Shown here: piece after piece, positions 40,781 through 54,656 of the stretch | Position numbering within the stretch: the stretch's first letter is position 1 | Layout of the letters: every line of letters begins with the position of its first letter | Source of the DNA: the human T2T-CHM13v2.0 reference genome, Homo sapiens | DNA: 64,000 nucleotides | Assembly: GCF_009914755.1 (NCBI RefSeq) | Contig: NC_060936.1 | Direction: 5' to 3' (one strand) | Notes under the pieces: generated by a model | What the model saw: only the letters and a program-made list of their open reading frames with translations | What the model was told of the DNA's origin: nothing | Databases searched by the model: none | Translations under genes and position numbers: made by a program

Positions 40781-43700
40781 GACCTGCATGCAGTGCCCTC
40801 CTGGCCTAGTGTTGACTTCATCTGACTCTGCCGCCTTGCTTTTAGTACTGTTTTGGCCTGCAGACCTCTAAGGCAAGCAGGAAGAAGGGGAAGGACACTT
40901 AGCCCAGGTAACAGCCTGGAGACCACTGTCCTAAGCAGCCCCAGAGCTAGACTTGCTAGGACAAAATCCTAGAGGGGCAAGGAGCTTTCCTCCGAAGTCA
41001 CCCACTTTTAGTCTTTTTGCAAAACCTGACACTCTGGTCATATTCTGTTTCTTCTAGGCATGTTTTGTGATCAGCAAATGTTGAGCGAAGGTCTTGGTTA
41101 GAGGGGAAATTTAGAGGTCAAGTCTATATGACAGGTGAAGGGAAAGGCATCCAGGTCATGCCAGTTAGCACAATTTCTATTTAAGGAGTTAGGCTGGCAC
41201 ATTTAAGAGAATCTGTACAGGCCACTGGGCATCGTGGAGCAAGAGAGTCAAACAAGGAGAAAACCCAGCAGTTCCGTGGGAGATTGCCTTTGCCCAATGG
41301 CAAGAGTGGAAGGGACGAATATGGAGGGCCAAGCTGAGGAAAAGCTGCATTGGGGCTGCCCTGCACATGCCCCTTCGGGTGCCTGGCAGCAAACCCCACC
41401 CGGGGCTATGGCGTTGCAAGGAAAAGACAGTGGGTAGTGGAAGCCCATGGTCATCTGGAGCTCGACCACCTGTGATCCCCTCGTTCCCTTTAGGGAAGGT
41501 TAGGGGTGATGGGGAAGGGAGGGCTTTGTGCCAGAGAAAGGAATGACTGGTAGGAAGGGGAGATTTTGAGTGAAGCATAAAAGGTTATTTGGAGCTGTGG
41601 CTTGGAGACAGCCTCTAGTATGGAGACCGCTTGCTCCTGCTTTTAATCAGACCAAGTGTGTAAATAATGAATTCAGAGTTACATCCACATTGCCTCATGG
41701 GTTCTCCTCATTGTCGTCACTGTTTAAACAAAACTAGCATGTGGAGAGGGAAATGCTAACCCTCCTGGTGCCCAGGGAAAGGTGGCCGGGGAGGAGTGAT
41801 CCAGGTAGCCTGCAGCTTAGCCACTGCCTCCCCTGGGAGGGCTGGGCCTGCCCAGAGTGTGGTGTAATAGTGAGTTGATGCCATAACCTTTGTGTTTGAT
41901 TAGTCGCCAAACACAGGTAATTCACTTTATTGATTTAAAGTTGCTTATAAAATGCCATATCAGCTACTGCTAATTAAATGAGTTAATATTTGTAAAACTT
42001 AGCCCAGTGCCTGGCACTCTTAGCTATTCCTCAAACAGCAATCGTTACTACTGCAGCTATGGTGTTTCAGCTACTGACTTCAGGTAGCCTGTGTAGACAA
42101 ATAGCTCTCGGTGTTACTCCACAGGGATCAGGGCAATGCTGATCAGCTCCATTTGCTTGCCTGATGGGCTTAAAAGGCATGAAGAGAAAAGGTTGAAGGA
42201 ACGGCTCTGCACACAGTCATTTGTTCTGACTAAATATTTCCGACGCTGGAGATTCTGAAAAGGAAATACTCTCCAGTGGCCCCACATACACATGCATGTG
42301 TCGTATAATGTGTGCAAGGTGCACATCTGTTGGTGAAACAGGAACCTACTTGTTTGCAATGGTGGAGTAAACACCAAGGCGATATTTACTGCGGTCAGCT
42401 GTGAGACCATCAGACTACTTAGGAGAGCCGTCCTGAGCCACCTACCTCCTGGCCCCATTGGTAGGGGGTACCCATATGATTCCACTGGGACTCAGAGACT
42501 AGATTGATAAGCCTTCACTATCAGGCCTCCTACAGCATCCTGGATCAGTGGAGAGGGACAGCCAAGGCCCTCCTGGGGAAATGTGGCCCACTCCCCCTCC
42601 CCACCCTCAGTTCCTTGGGCACATGCACTGCCCTCCTTGGCCCATAGATGTTCCTAAAGCCCATGAATGACACTAGACCACCAGATTACTGGCAAGAGGG
42701 GTTTAAGGCCAGGTCCCTAAGAATGAAATCCTTTATGTTAGGTGGCCTGTTGCTGAATTATTTTGCTTGGAAGGACAGACTCACCTCCTGTCTCTCCAGT
42801 CAAATCCTTATTCCTTTCCTGCTTGCCCCCAGTCTGCTCTGAGAGTCCCATCTCAACCTGCTCCTGTCTGTAGAATCCTCTCGACCTGCAGACTACTGTG
42901 AGCCGGCTCTCTCTGTGGGCACCGCCTCGGCCCCCAGCCTGACTGCCTGCAGAATCTTGCTCCAGCTGCAGCTGCGCTCCCTCAGCCACATGCTGTTCTG
43001 GTAAACACCAGCCGAGGTTGCCACCAACCTGCACAGGCCTTCTGAGGGACCCAAGTCCCTGGTCTGGGGACTTGTCTAGCCCTCTTTAATTCCAGGACTT
43101 TCCATCAGACTTCTATTGGAAACGGAGTCCCAGCTGTGTGTCATATAGGTTTCTTCTGCCATCCACCAATGCCTGTTGGAAAGGCCAACTTCTCCCTGGG
43201 GATCCCTGGGCAAATGCCGGAATGTCTTTTGGGTCAGTTCAACCTTTGATGGAAGCTGTTGGTGGGAATAGGTGGGCACGGATTACCATCAGAAAATGTT
43301 CCCTTTCTCTTGCCTCTCCTCTTTTATTTGATGTACCACGCGGGGCCTCCCTTTGCCCCATGTGCTTTAGAAGAGCATACTGCTTTTTCAGAATGGTGTT
43401 GATCCGCTGCTTCCAAAATAAACATTCAACCACCTTGACTGACTCCTTTGCTGGGAAAAACAATTCCACATGTGTGGTATGAACTAACCATACATCCCCT
43501 TTATGAACCATGTGAAGTGAAGTCCTGGGGTCCATGCTGAGGAGCCCTGAGTGGGTGGGCTTTCCTCCTCCTCCCTTAGCTCCCAGGGACCTGTTCACCC
43601 ACAGTGATCACTCTGGGCAGCCCTCGTGAGCCAGAGACAGAACCCGTGCAAAGACCGAAAAGCACCTGGAAGGGGAAGGGGTGGCAGGAGCATTTCCCTT

Positions 43701-44525
43701 TTTATCAAGATTCAAGAGCAGAGTCTCATTTTGCTTTCCAAAACAGGCGCTTGTATCTGTGCACCGAAGTTATGAAGCAGCTATTCTCTTCCAAAAACAG
43801 AGTAGATGTTTGATGTCAGCAGTGCTGCTCTTTCTTGATTTTCAAACAATCTTAATTTTATTGGGGACATTACATTTGTTTTGTTGGGGGTGCACTCCAG
43901 TCTGTTTTTTGTTTTCTCTATCTGCTTTCCTGTCTTCTTCAAATACTCCATGCTGGTTCTCACCTCTGGGCCTTTGCTTATGCTGTTCCCACAGCTGAGG
44001 CGCCCCCCTCTCCCGCAGTGCCTCTCGCACTCAGTCACCAAATTCCCACTCATCCTTCAAGACGCAGCACAGACATCTCTTTCTCAGGAAGCCTGTCTTG
44101 TCCCCTTGCCTCATCTCTAACCCAAGCCCCTGCCCACTGACCTCCTGTACCCGTGCATCCACCCCGCTTCTCCCTACCACATGTCAAGCAAAATCTCAGT
44201 TGTCTCTCTCTCCTTCTAGACAATAGCTTTTTTGGAATAATGAGGAATTTCAGTCATGATTACATTCCTTGTAGCCATCACAAACCCTGACACATCATCA
44301 AGGCTTAAATTGGTGTTCACCCCTGCACTGACCTCTTTACATTGCCTCATTTTAGACAATTCTTTTCTTAAGGAGAAAACTACATGTCCTTGGGCACACC
44401 TGCCATGCTTCTGATTTTTATAGGGACGGATGTGCAGGGAGGCTTAGCACACTGACTTTTCTAATCTCTATGGTCGATTGTCTACATCTAGAGTTAAACG
44501 TTTTGGCCTCAGACTCCCTTTACAA

Positions 44526-44960
<435 letters not shown>

Positions 44961-45017
44961 TAACATACATATGTTCAAAACAAAAAATTTAGTGAGAAGA
45001 ATGGCATTATTTTGTAT

Positions 45018-45224
45018 CAGAATTCTCAACCTTGGAACTACTGAAATTTTGGACTAGATACTTCTTTGTTGTAGGAAGTTCTCCAGTGCATTGTAGACGG
45101 TGAGCAGCATCACTGGCCTCTACCCACTAGATGATAGTATCCCACTTTGATAACCAAAAAGTCGCCTGATATCCCCTGGACAGATGGAGAGAGAGAAAAA
45201 CATCACCCTAAATGAAAACCACCG
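45018..45224. mobile_element. MER20
   Basis: TTCTCAACCTTGG...GCAGCATCACTGGCCTCTACCCACTAGATG. Confidence 0.85.
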
Positions 45225-45252
45225 TTTTTTTATTTTGCAAATCTTTTTAAAA

Positions 45253-46512
45253 ATTTTATTTTATTTTATTTTAAGTTCCAGGATACATGTGCAGGACATG
45301 CAGGTTTGTTACCTAGGTAAACATGTGCCATGGTGGTTTGCTGCATCTATCAACCCATCACCTAGGTATTAAGCCTCACATGCATTAGCTATTTATCCTG
45401 ATGCACTCCTTCTCCTTGCACCCCCATAGGCCCCAGTGTGTGCTATTCCCCTCCCTGTGTCCATGTGTTCTCATTGTTCAGCTCCCACTTATAAGTGAGA
45501 ACACGCGGTGTTTGGTTTTCTGTTCCTGCATTAGTTTGCTGAGGATAATGGCTTCCAGCTGCATCCATGTCCCTGCAAAGGACATTATCTCATTCCTTTT
45601 TATGGCTGCATAGTATTCTGTGGTGTATATGTACCACATTCTCTTTATGCAACCTATCACTAGTGGGCATTTGTGTTGATTCCATGTCTTTGCTATTGTG
45701 AATGGTGCTGCAGTGAATATACGTGTGCATGTATCTTTATAATAGAATGATTTATATTCCTTTGGGTATATACCCAGTAATGGGATTGCTGGTCAAATGG
45801 TATTTCTGGTTCTAGGTCTTTGAGGAATTGCCATACTGTCTTCCCCAATGGTTGAATGAATTTACACTTCCACCAACAGTGTAAAAAAGTTCCTATTTCT
45901 CCACAGCCTCACCAGCATCTGTAGTTTCTTGACTTTTTAATAATTTCCATTCTGACTGGCTTGAGGTGGTATCTCATTGTGGTTTTGATTTGCATTTCTC
46001 TAATGATTAGTGATGTTGAGCTTTTTTTCATATGTTTGTTGGCTGCATAAATGTCTTCTTTTGAGAAATGTCTGTTCATGTCCTTTGGCCACTTTTTAAT
46101 GGGGTTGTTTTTTTCTTGTAAATTTGTTTAAATTCCTTGTAGAATCTGGATATTAGACCTTGTCAGATGGATAGATTGCAAACTTTTTCTCCCATTCTTT
46201 ATGAGATCTGTTCACTCTGATGATAGTTTCTTTTGCTGTGCAGAAGCTCTTTAATTAGATCCCACTTGTCAATTTTTGCTTTTGTTGCAATTGCTTTTGA
46301 CGTTTTTGTCATGAAATCTTTGCCCCTGCCTGTGTCCTGAATGGTGTTGCCTAGATTTTCTTTTAGCCTTTTTATAGTTTTGGGTTTTACATTTAAGTGT
46401 TTAATCCATCTTGAGTTAATTGTTGTATAAGGTGTAAGGAAGGGGTCCAGTTTCAATTTTCTGCTTATGGCTAGCCAGTTCTCCCATCACCATTTATTAA
46501 ATAGGAAATCCT
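45253..46512 (-). mobile_element. 5'-truncated L1PA (L1PA8-11-like), ~1.26 kb
   Basis: ORF2 C-terminal remnants [10 protein letters not shown] and WYIYTTEYYAAIK; L1 3' UTR and T-tail. Confidence 0.93.
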
Positions 46513-48634
46513 TTTAAATGTCTTGATTAATAGAAGAGAGCTGGATTCTTATATCTCCTTTTGCATTTATTCTGTTGCCATATCTTGTTTTGGTTGAGGT
46601 GGATGGTGAAATTACAGCCTTACATAGATAGATAGTTGAAAGCGTATCTTAATAGCTTTTAAAGATAATAATAGTGGATATTCTTCTTTGATACTACACC
46701 AAAACTCAAAAAGTGGTGGTTTCTTAAATGTTTGTTGTAATGTGGAATCTGAAACCACATCAATACACTTTTCTTACTCTGTTACGTTAAAATGTATTGG
46801 TTTATCTTGGATGTTGAATGGATCTTTTACCCATATGAGATTTTGTAACATCGTATACTAGTCATTTGGAAAATATTTATGCTGTTCTTTTAAATGTTGA
46901 CAAGTCTCATTATACAAGAGAAATTACATTTGTTAACCTTAGAAATGTTTCTAAGTACTGAAAAGCTCTCAAGGACACAATAGCAGATGCAGGTTTTCCA
47001 AAATTCCAATTTCCTCTTGAAAGCTCAGGTTGTATCATTGGTCAAATTACTATCAGTTTTCTTTCTTGAAGTGAATGGCTCACTTAATTTTGAGAAAATG
47101 GCTATCAAACACCAAAGTCTATATAACCATAGATCATAAATTGTTAATTCAAGTAAAAATAATGTTCCATGTAAAAAGTGGCTAGTTTAGCCTGCAACTC
47201 AATTCCACACTGCTTTTCCTCAAGACAACTATCATGCTTTGATATGTTTTATGTGAACTTCTCTTATTGTCACAGAGACTATTTTAAAAAGTGTACTCCA
47301 AAGTTGAGATTTAATATAATTAAAATGTTTACTGTTTCATCAAGGACATTTCCAAGTGAAATTGGCTTTCTTTTGCTTCTGCAAGCACTCAGCTGTAAAC
47401 ACTATGATGACTAGAAACACAAGTACTGCCTAGATTTGTGCTAAGGCAAAGCAGTTTCACCACCACTGCTCTTGCAACTTTAGTGCAATGTCAACAAGGG
47501 ACAAAGGCAAATCACATCTTAGTTTTATTATGAAAGCAGTTTTGATCTTGCTGACACCCCCCCCGCCCCCCGCCGAAAGGTTTTGGGACCCCAGGGATGC
47601 CTAGAACACATTGCTGGTCTACGCCAATGTTGTTTTACTTTGATGGTGAACTAAAACTGCCACAAGAGTTAGAAATGAGGGCACAGGAGCTCTATTTATG
47701 TGATTGGCTCACAAACTGCCAAGGAAGTAGTCATGGATTCAAGATTTCAGGCTGGAAGGGCCCTTTGAGATGCTTTAATCTAGCTTCTTCAGCTTACAGA
47801 TGAGCATATTTAGCCCAGAAAGCGGGAGTGACACACCCAAAGTCTTGCAGCTAGTTGTGGAAGAACAAGATCTAGAACTCAGGTCTTCTGATTCCCAGTG
47901 CAGTGCTCTACCACGTCCTGCTGTTTGCAAGCACTCTGTAGAGCGTCTAACACACGTTCATGTGCAGAAAAGATCCTTTTTATGCTCAGCTTGAACAATG
48001 TTTTATGATTGTTGGCATATTTGCTCTTGTTTTCTAAGTTGGCTTTTGCCCAGCCAACATTCAGGAGGCTGCCTATTTTCTCTGGTTGCTTGACCTACAA
48101 GGACTCAAACTGGCCATGAGGCATACATGGGTGCTTAGCTGTGCTTTCGTGCTCCAACAGTTAGACATCCTATAGAGTTGGTTAGCCGAGAGAGCTATGC
48201 ATTTTCCCACCCGCTTAGGCCGCAGTGCTGTTGATGATGACGTGAGGACTCTACTTTTCCACCTACATGTTGATTCACTTAAAGGAAACCTCTGGAACAT
48301 TTTCCATGGGAACTGCCTTAACTGGAGTGTCTTGACGTTGCTAATTTCCTTGATTCCAGTCATATCCTTGATCCATTGTGCCTCATGGTGTTTCAGAAGA
48401 AAACTGTGGCCATTTTTCTCTGCCTGGCAGTTGAGGAGTAGAGAAGATAGATGCGGCTTCTCCACATAAATAAGCTGTACAACACCCAGTCAAAAACTAT
48501 TAGTGACTGTTAGGATGAAAAACGCCTCCCATGGCCTGCAATTTTCTTTAGGAAGAAAGTGCCTGGCCTGCTTGGCTTCCAGACAGCTGAGCTGAGAAAA
48601 TGGGTACCCTCTTAGTTGCTTTCAAAGACCACAA

Positions 48635-48870
48635 AGATGGACACACAGAGGGGAAGAACACACACTGGGGCCTCCTTGAGGACAGAGGGTGGGAAGAGGG
48701 AGAGGACCAGGAAAAATAACTAATGGGTACTGGGCTTAATACCTGGGTGAGGAAATAAGTGTACAACAAACCCTTGTGATACAAGTTTACCTATTTAAGA
48801 AACCTGCACATGTGCCCCTGAACCTAAATTAAACACACACACACACACACACACATACACACACACACAC
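48635..48870 (+). mobile_element. L1PA 3' end with (CA)n microsatellite (48833-48870)
   Basis: GGGAAGAACACACACTGGGGCC...ACCTGCACATGTGCCCCTGAACCTAAA. Confidence 0.88.
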
Positions 48871-51283
48871 CCCACAAGGAGACCACTTACTGGCAACATG
48901 CAAGAGCACAGGAAACTTTAGAAGTCTTCAATGGAACTTGAGAATTATTTCTAGCCACATTTTTCATACATTTTCCCACCAGATAGATCCGAGAATTAAT
49001 GTCCTAAGCGGTCTCCTCGGAAGCTGCCCTGGGCTGGGGGATCACCTGTCCAGGGGCAGAACCTGGGTTAGGTGGCCTCTTTTGGTCCCTTCCAGGTCTC
49101 TAATCCCCTTGTGGTAACTAACAGCCTCACATCTCAGGATTGTCACCTGCAGGGCAGTTGTATAGCCCAGAAGCACGTTGCTTTATCCTAGGAACAGGGT
49201 CTGCTGTCTTCTGGGCCTCTTCCCAGGACTTCTGCCTCACCAGGTTGGGCTTCTCAGGTCAGGCCTCACCAGATGGTGAAGACCTGGACTGGGGAACGTT
49301 CAAGGCAGAGGAGAGGTAAAGCCACAGCTTAGGTCCTGCTGGGAAGTGCTGGCTGCCAGGAGGCTGCTGTGGAAATAACTGTAGGCCTGAGAAGTCAGCA
49401 TCTTTAAGGGCGAGTGGGGTGGTGAGAGGACAATTCGGCAAGTCCCATTGACCGACAGGCAGAGTGGCAGCTTACTTGGCATTTCAAACAAACAAAAAAT
49501 CCACACAAAGAAAACATTCCTGCCTATTCAGAGCTTACAGCCTAAGAGGGGAGGGAAGCTAAACCCTGGACTGGGATCACATGAAAGGAGATGAAATGAG
49601 GGATGCACAGAGGACACTGCACGGGGAATCAGGTAGGCTGGAGAGGAGGGGGGTCAGTCCGGGAGACCGTCCTGAAGAGTGGCCTGTGATGGAAAAGGCC
49701 AGCAAGAACCATGGAAGCTGCTGAAAGGGTGCAGGGAAGCCACGGTTCCTTCCCTCCCCACGCCCCTCGCTCACTCTAGTCCTGGCTCCCTTTACACAGG
49801 CCTAATATGACCAAACAGCACCCTTAGGACTCCTGGGCCTCGGGCCCCAGTGTTGAGTCTGGCAGCAGATCCCCAAGGGGTAGAGTTTGCACTGGTGGCT
49901 GGGTGTCGCCGTCAGCAGGTGAGGGAGCGCATGGGGAATGCAGATTCCCAGGCCAGCCCTGCCAAGTCTGAGTGAGTCCCCTGGAGGCTACTGCTGCTGG
50001 GACTGTGCGGTGCCGTAGGACATGATTTCTGACCTCAGAGGCCCTGCTTTCTCCTGGGGAAGCCAGACGCTGCATTCCGCATGCCATCGTGACCTTGAAG
50101 TAGGGCTGAGAATGAGGTGTCTGGGTCAGGAACTGGTGAGCGCGGTCAGGGGACACCCTTAGGAGAGGAGCTTGCCCTTCACAGCCAGGGCAAATGCTGG
50201 GGCGCAGCCATGCTGGCTGTCTCCTCGTCTGTTCTGCCCACACATCTCCTGCGGCGCCCTGTGGTCTGTGTCCTGACGTGGCCCGACTGTGGACCCCCTT
50301 GTCCTCCTGCCCGCTGTGTCTATTTCTCAGCTCCTGCTATGCTAGGTCTGGGCTTCCGACGCCGGCCCTGCTCCGGCGATTGAAAATGACTGCAGCCTCG
50401 GGTGCAGCCTTGTCCTCAGCGTTCAACACGGGGTGCCTCGTGTGCTCCTCATGGCACATTTACCATGGGCTTTTTCAGGTTTCGAGAAGCAGCGACGTGC
50501 TCGGGTCACCTCAGGGCGGAGGGTTTGCAGGAAGGCCAGGCACAGCAATGCGGGCGTCAGCCTAGCCCAGCCTCTAGAGAACTGGAGCACCACGGGGCTC
50601 AAAGGGGCCTGGGGCCAAACACGGAGGCCCATCTGACTTGGCTCTGTCTCTGCTCCTAGCCCCTGCTGTCTCTTCACTCTCCTGCAGCTTAATGCCGCCC
50701 CCGCCCACCCCGCGCCCTGTGTCTTTTGGCTTCTGTTTTGCCTTCTCCTGAAGCCGCTTCTTCTGACTCCCTGACGGGGAGCCTGCGGATGGATTCCCAG
50801 GACCTGGTTCCTCAAGGCGGCTGCTGTTGGCTCAGACATCCCTGGCCAGGGTGTTGGTGCCACAGGGAGCAAGAGGGCAGGCAGCCACCTGGGCTCCCCT
50901 AAGAATCACTCACTCCAGAGGGAGAATATTTAAGGTTTGAATCACTGACGTTAATCAGAGGCCACGTGATGTAAAAGCACTCTAGGGGAGGGGGGTGTCT
51001 AGGAAGGAAGGGAAACTAAACCACAAAAGAAGCCCGTCATGCCCAGCCCTGGAGGAGAGAGGAGGAGCAGGGGCCAGGGAAGACGGGGCGGGCAAGAGCG
51101 GCATGTGGCATTTCTCAAGCGGGAGACCAAGTTCAAAGGGAGCACAGCACTCCCAGTGAAACCACCCCTATAAACTTCATAAAATGAATCAGGACAAAAG
51201 GAAGGGGAGGAGTGAAACCAAACCCAGCTTGCAGCGCACTTCGTGTTCACCGCGGGTCGGCCTGCGCTCCCACCTGCTTCCTC

Positions 51284-51786
51284 GTGTTGTTTGCTGCCTA
51301 TTGACCTAGAATCCCACAGACCCCGCTACAAGGTTATAGTCACCCTAAGGGTCCTACAGATAACAACTGGAGCAGTACGAAATGTTAAGTCTTCCCTTTG
51401 AGATAGTCCTTCAGGTCCTACATACCTGTGAAATTACCACGTCAGCTGGTCTAAAGGACCCCATAGGAGCTGACGCACCGAAGAATGCAGTTTCTACATT
51501 CTGGTGAATTCATCCGCCTTACCCCAACCAATCAACAGCTCCAATTCTCCAGTCCCTTGTCCTCCACAGTCCCCTTAAAGACTCCAGCCCAGAAATCCTG
51601 GGGGAGATGGAGTTTGGGGGCTCCTCCTATCTCTTAGCTCAGTGCCCTGTGACCATTAAACTCTTTCTCTGCTGCAGCCCTAACTGGTAACTGGTCTGTT
51701 ACTGTGCGGTGGGCATAACTGGTCTGTTACTGTGTAACTGGTCTGCTCCTGTGCAGTGGGCATACGAACCTGTTGGTCCTATAACA
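51284..51786 (+). mobile_element. ERV1 (MER4-group-like) solo LTR
   Basis: ACCAATCA, CCCCTTAAA, ATTAAACTCTTTCTCT, ends TAACA; subfamily and start uncertain. Confidence 0.75.
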
Positions 51787-52479
51787 CCAGTCCCTCACGA
51801 AAGCACCAGATTAATTTTCGCACCCTTTGTGGCTGCAGATTGGAAGTGGAGGATGAGGGTGAGGGGAGGTGCCTTCTAGCCTGGGCTTGGGGTGTGGAAG
51901 GCAAGAGGGGAAGAGAACCCACAGACAGGATGGAGGGAGGGGTGAGCTGCTTCAGGCGTCGATGCTGCCCTCACTTGTGCTCTGCCCTCCTTCTCCCTAA
52001 GGGGAATTGACTCACGCCCTTTCCCCTTGCCACCCTGAACAAAGAAATGCCACTCACTGCCCTGTGATGCAAGCTCTTCACACATGCATGGGAGTAGGTG
52101 TGTGCATGGAGGAGGCACCACGCTAGCCTGCTCTCTGGGCTCGGTCCTGGGAGACCTGGCCAAGGACCTTCACCTCCGAACCTTCTCCCGGAATTGGAGG
52201 GTCAGCGGGGGGTGGGGTTGAGCCTGCTACATTGAATTTGGCTTGGTCCTCTTGGCTCTCTTAATTGCTCTTTGACAAATAGCCAGAAAGTGGAGGGAAG
52301 GCAGGTGGACTTTATTTCCATTTTCGAGGTGTAAGAACTTGAAGCTCCAAGAGGTCAGGTGACATGTCTGTGCCAGTGCCCCCTACCACACCCCTCAGTG
52401 ACACCATAGGTGGGACAGGGCCGCGTGATGCCGTGAAAACAGCACGTTCCTTTGACCACGTGGTCCTAGTTCTATATCT

Positions 52480-52660
52480 ATCTCTGTCTCTTTGCTAGCT
52501 GTGTGACATAGGGCAAGTCCCTTAACTTCTCTGAGCCTGCGTTCTCATCTGTAAAATGAGGATAGTAAGTCACACCTCACAGGGAAACTGAGGCTGACGC
52601 AGGAAGACAAATACAAACTATTTAGCCCAACTCCTGGCCATGAGCTAGGTGCTAAGAGTG
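52480..52660 (+). mobile_element. MIR
   Basis: CTAGCTGTGTGAC...GGGCAAGTCCCTTAACTTCTCTGAGCCT...CATCTGTAAAATG. Confidence 0.85.
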
Positions 52661-53829
52661 CTTTTCTTCCTCACTTAAACCACATTTCCGATGACCACAT
52701 CCAAGTACGCCAGCGCTGGCACACCAAGCGCCACCTTTGAGCGGGAAATGGCAGCCTCCCCTTGCCTGCAGTTCTTCCGGCCTCACTGTTCTCCATGGCC
52801 CAAACTACAGTTCCTCTGGGGGTGGTTCATTTACAAAGTGGAGCTATTAAATAAATGTTCACGACATTTTTCTGGATCGTGGATCCCCTTCCCGAGGGAA
52901 AAACCCTAGCACCCACATATCCATCACCCACACTGTTTTCGACAGAATTTCAAGGAACTCCCAGAAACTCTGAAGCCACAAGCAAAACTCCTCTCCCAGG
53001 TGGGAGGGCAGGACCCACGAGCACACATTCGGCATCACGAGCGATCTGTTGTGCAGCCCGATCATCCCCCAATTCACCAACAGCCTTCTCCTCGCGAAAC
53101 GCCCGGGACCATCCGTCTGAATTACCCACAGGGTGAGGATGAAAGGCGAGGGAATGAGTGGACAGTGGGGAAGCTGACCTTAAGCGGGAGGGTGCAGGGG
53201 TGAGCTAGTTTGGCCTGGAGGGGAGGGCAGTGAGGAACCCGTGAGAAGGGGCCAACGCCCGGAGCAGCCACCGTTTCTTACACCCTTGACTAAGATTGAA
53301 CAAGAAAAAAAAAATGTCACCAAACAAAGAGAATCGAACCCCTCTAGCCAGGAAAGCAGATCAACAACAGAACAGCACCTGGGGCTCTCTTAAAGGCTTT
53401 AAACACAGAGGACAGGTGCGTCTTTTCTTGCTGTGGCTGACGTCCTAGCCGTGTTAAGGGGGTGGGGGCTCTGGCCTCGCTGACCTCGCCTGCCATGGCA
53501 ACTGTAAGGCTGGAGAAATAGAGTTCCAGCGCCACCACTGGGACTATTGTGCCACCACTGATTTGAGTGAATAGAAGAGTGCTGTTGTTTTGTTTTGTTT
53601 TGTTTTGTTTGCAGAGGAGGCATCTCCTAAAGGGGAGGTGCTGTTTGGTGTCTGCAGCAGCAGTGTCTGAGTGAGCTCTGTGAGGGCAGGCTTGGTGTCC
53701 CTGAGCACTGCTGGGCTCTCAGAGCTGTGGAAGGGCAGAGGAAGGCCTATCTAGGCTGCCAGGCTTAGCCACAAGCTCTCAGTTCTCAACTGCTGTTCTG
53801 GGAGAATGTCCTGACTTTGCTAAGCATAT

Positions 53830-54128
53830 TTTTTTTTCTGTCTTTTATAGACAGGGTCTCACTTTGTCACCCAGACTGGACTGCAGTAGAGGGATCATAG
53901 CTCACTGTAACCTTGAACTCTTGACTCAAGTGGTCCTCCTACCTCAGCCTCCTGAGTAACTGGGGCTACAGGTGCATGCGCCACCACATCCAGCTAATTT
54001 TTAATTTTTGTAGAGACGGGGTCTCCCTCTGTTTCCTAGGCTGGTCTCAAACTCCTGGCTTCAAGCAATCCTCCCACCTCAGCCTCGCAAAGAGCTGGGA
54101 TTGCAGGCGTGAGCCACCATGGCTGACC
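53830..54128 (-). mobile_element. AluJ
   Basis: Diverged Alu with J-type GATCATAGCTCACTG. Confidence 0.9.
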
Positions 54129-54347
54129 TATGCACATCTTTGTATCTATAGTACCTTGACCTTGAGCTCATCCTTGCTGCATGAAAAACATTTTTTAAAT
54201 ATAGTTTCGAACCACACATAGTTGAAAATTTGGAGAATATAGAATACCATTATAGCGAAGAATAATGTAGGAAACCAATTCAAAAAAGAAGAAAATAAAG
54301 ATGTGCAACCCCCCATCTGGATTTGGACATGATTAATTTTGCTTTAG

Positions 54348-54656
<309 letters not shown>

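Noticed and set aside
48230-48400. ATGATGA box-C-like motif (possible snoRNA)
   Set aside because: No convincing box D or terminal stem identified
49824-50872. Overlapping 120-150 aa ORFs in the GC-rich region
   Set aside because: Occur in several frames on both strands with no recognisable domain; expected from GC content
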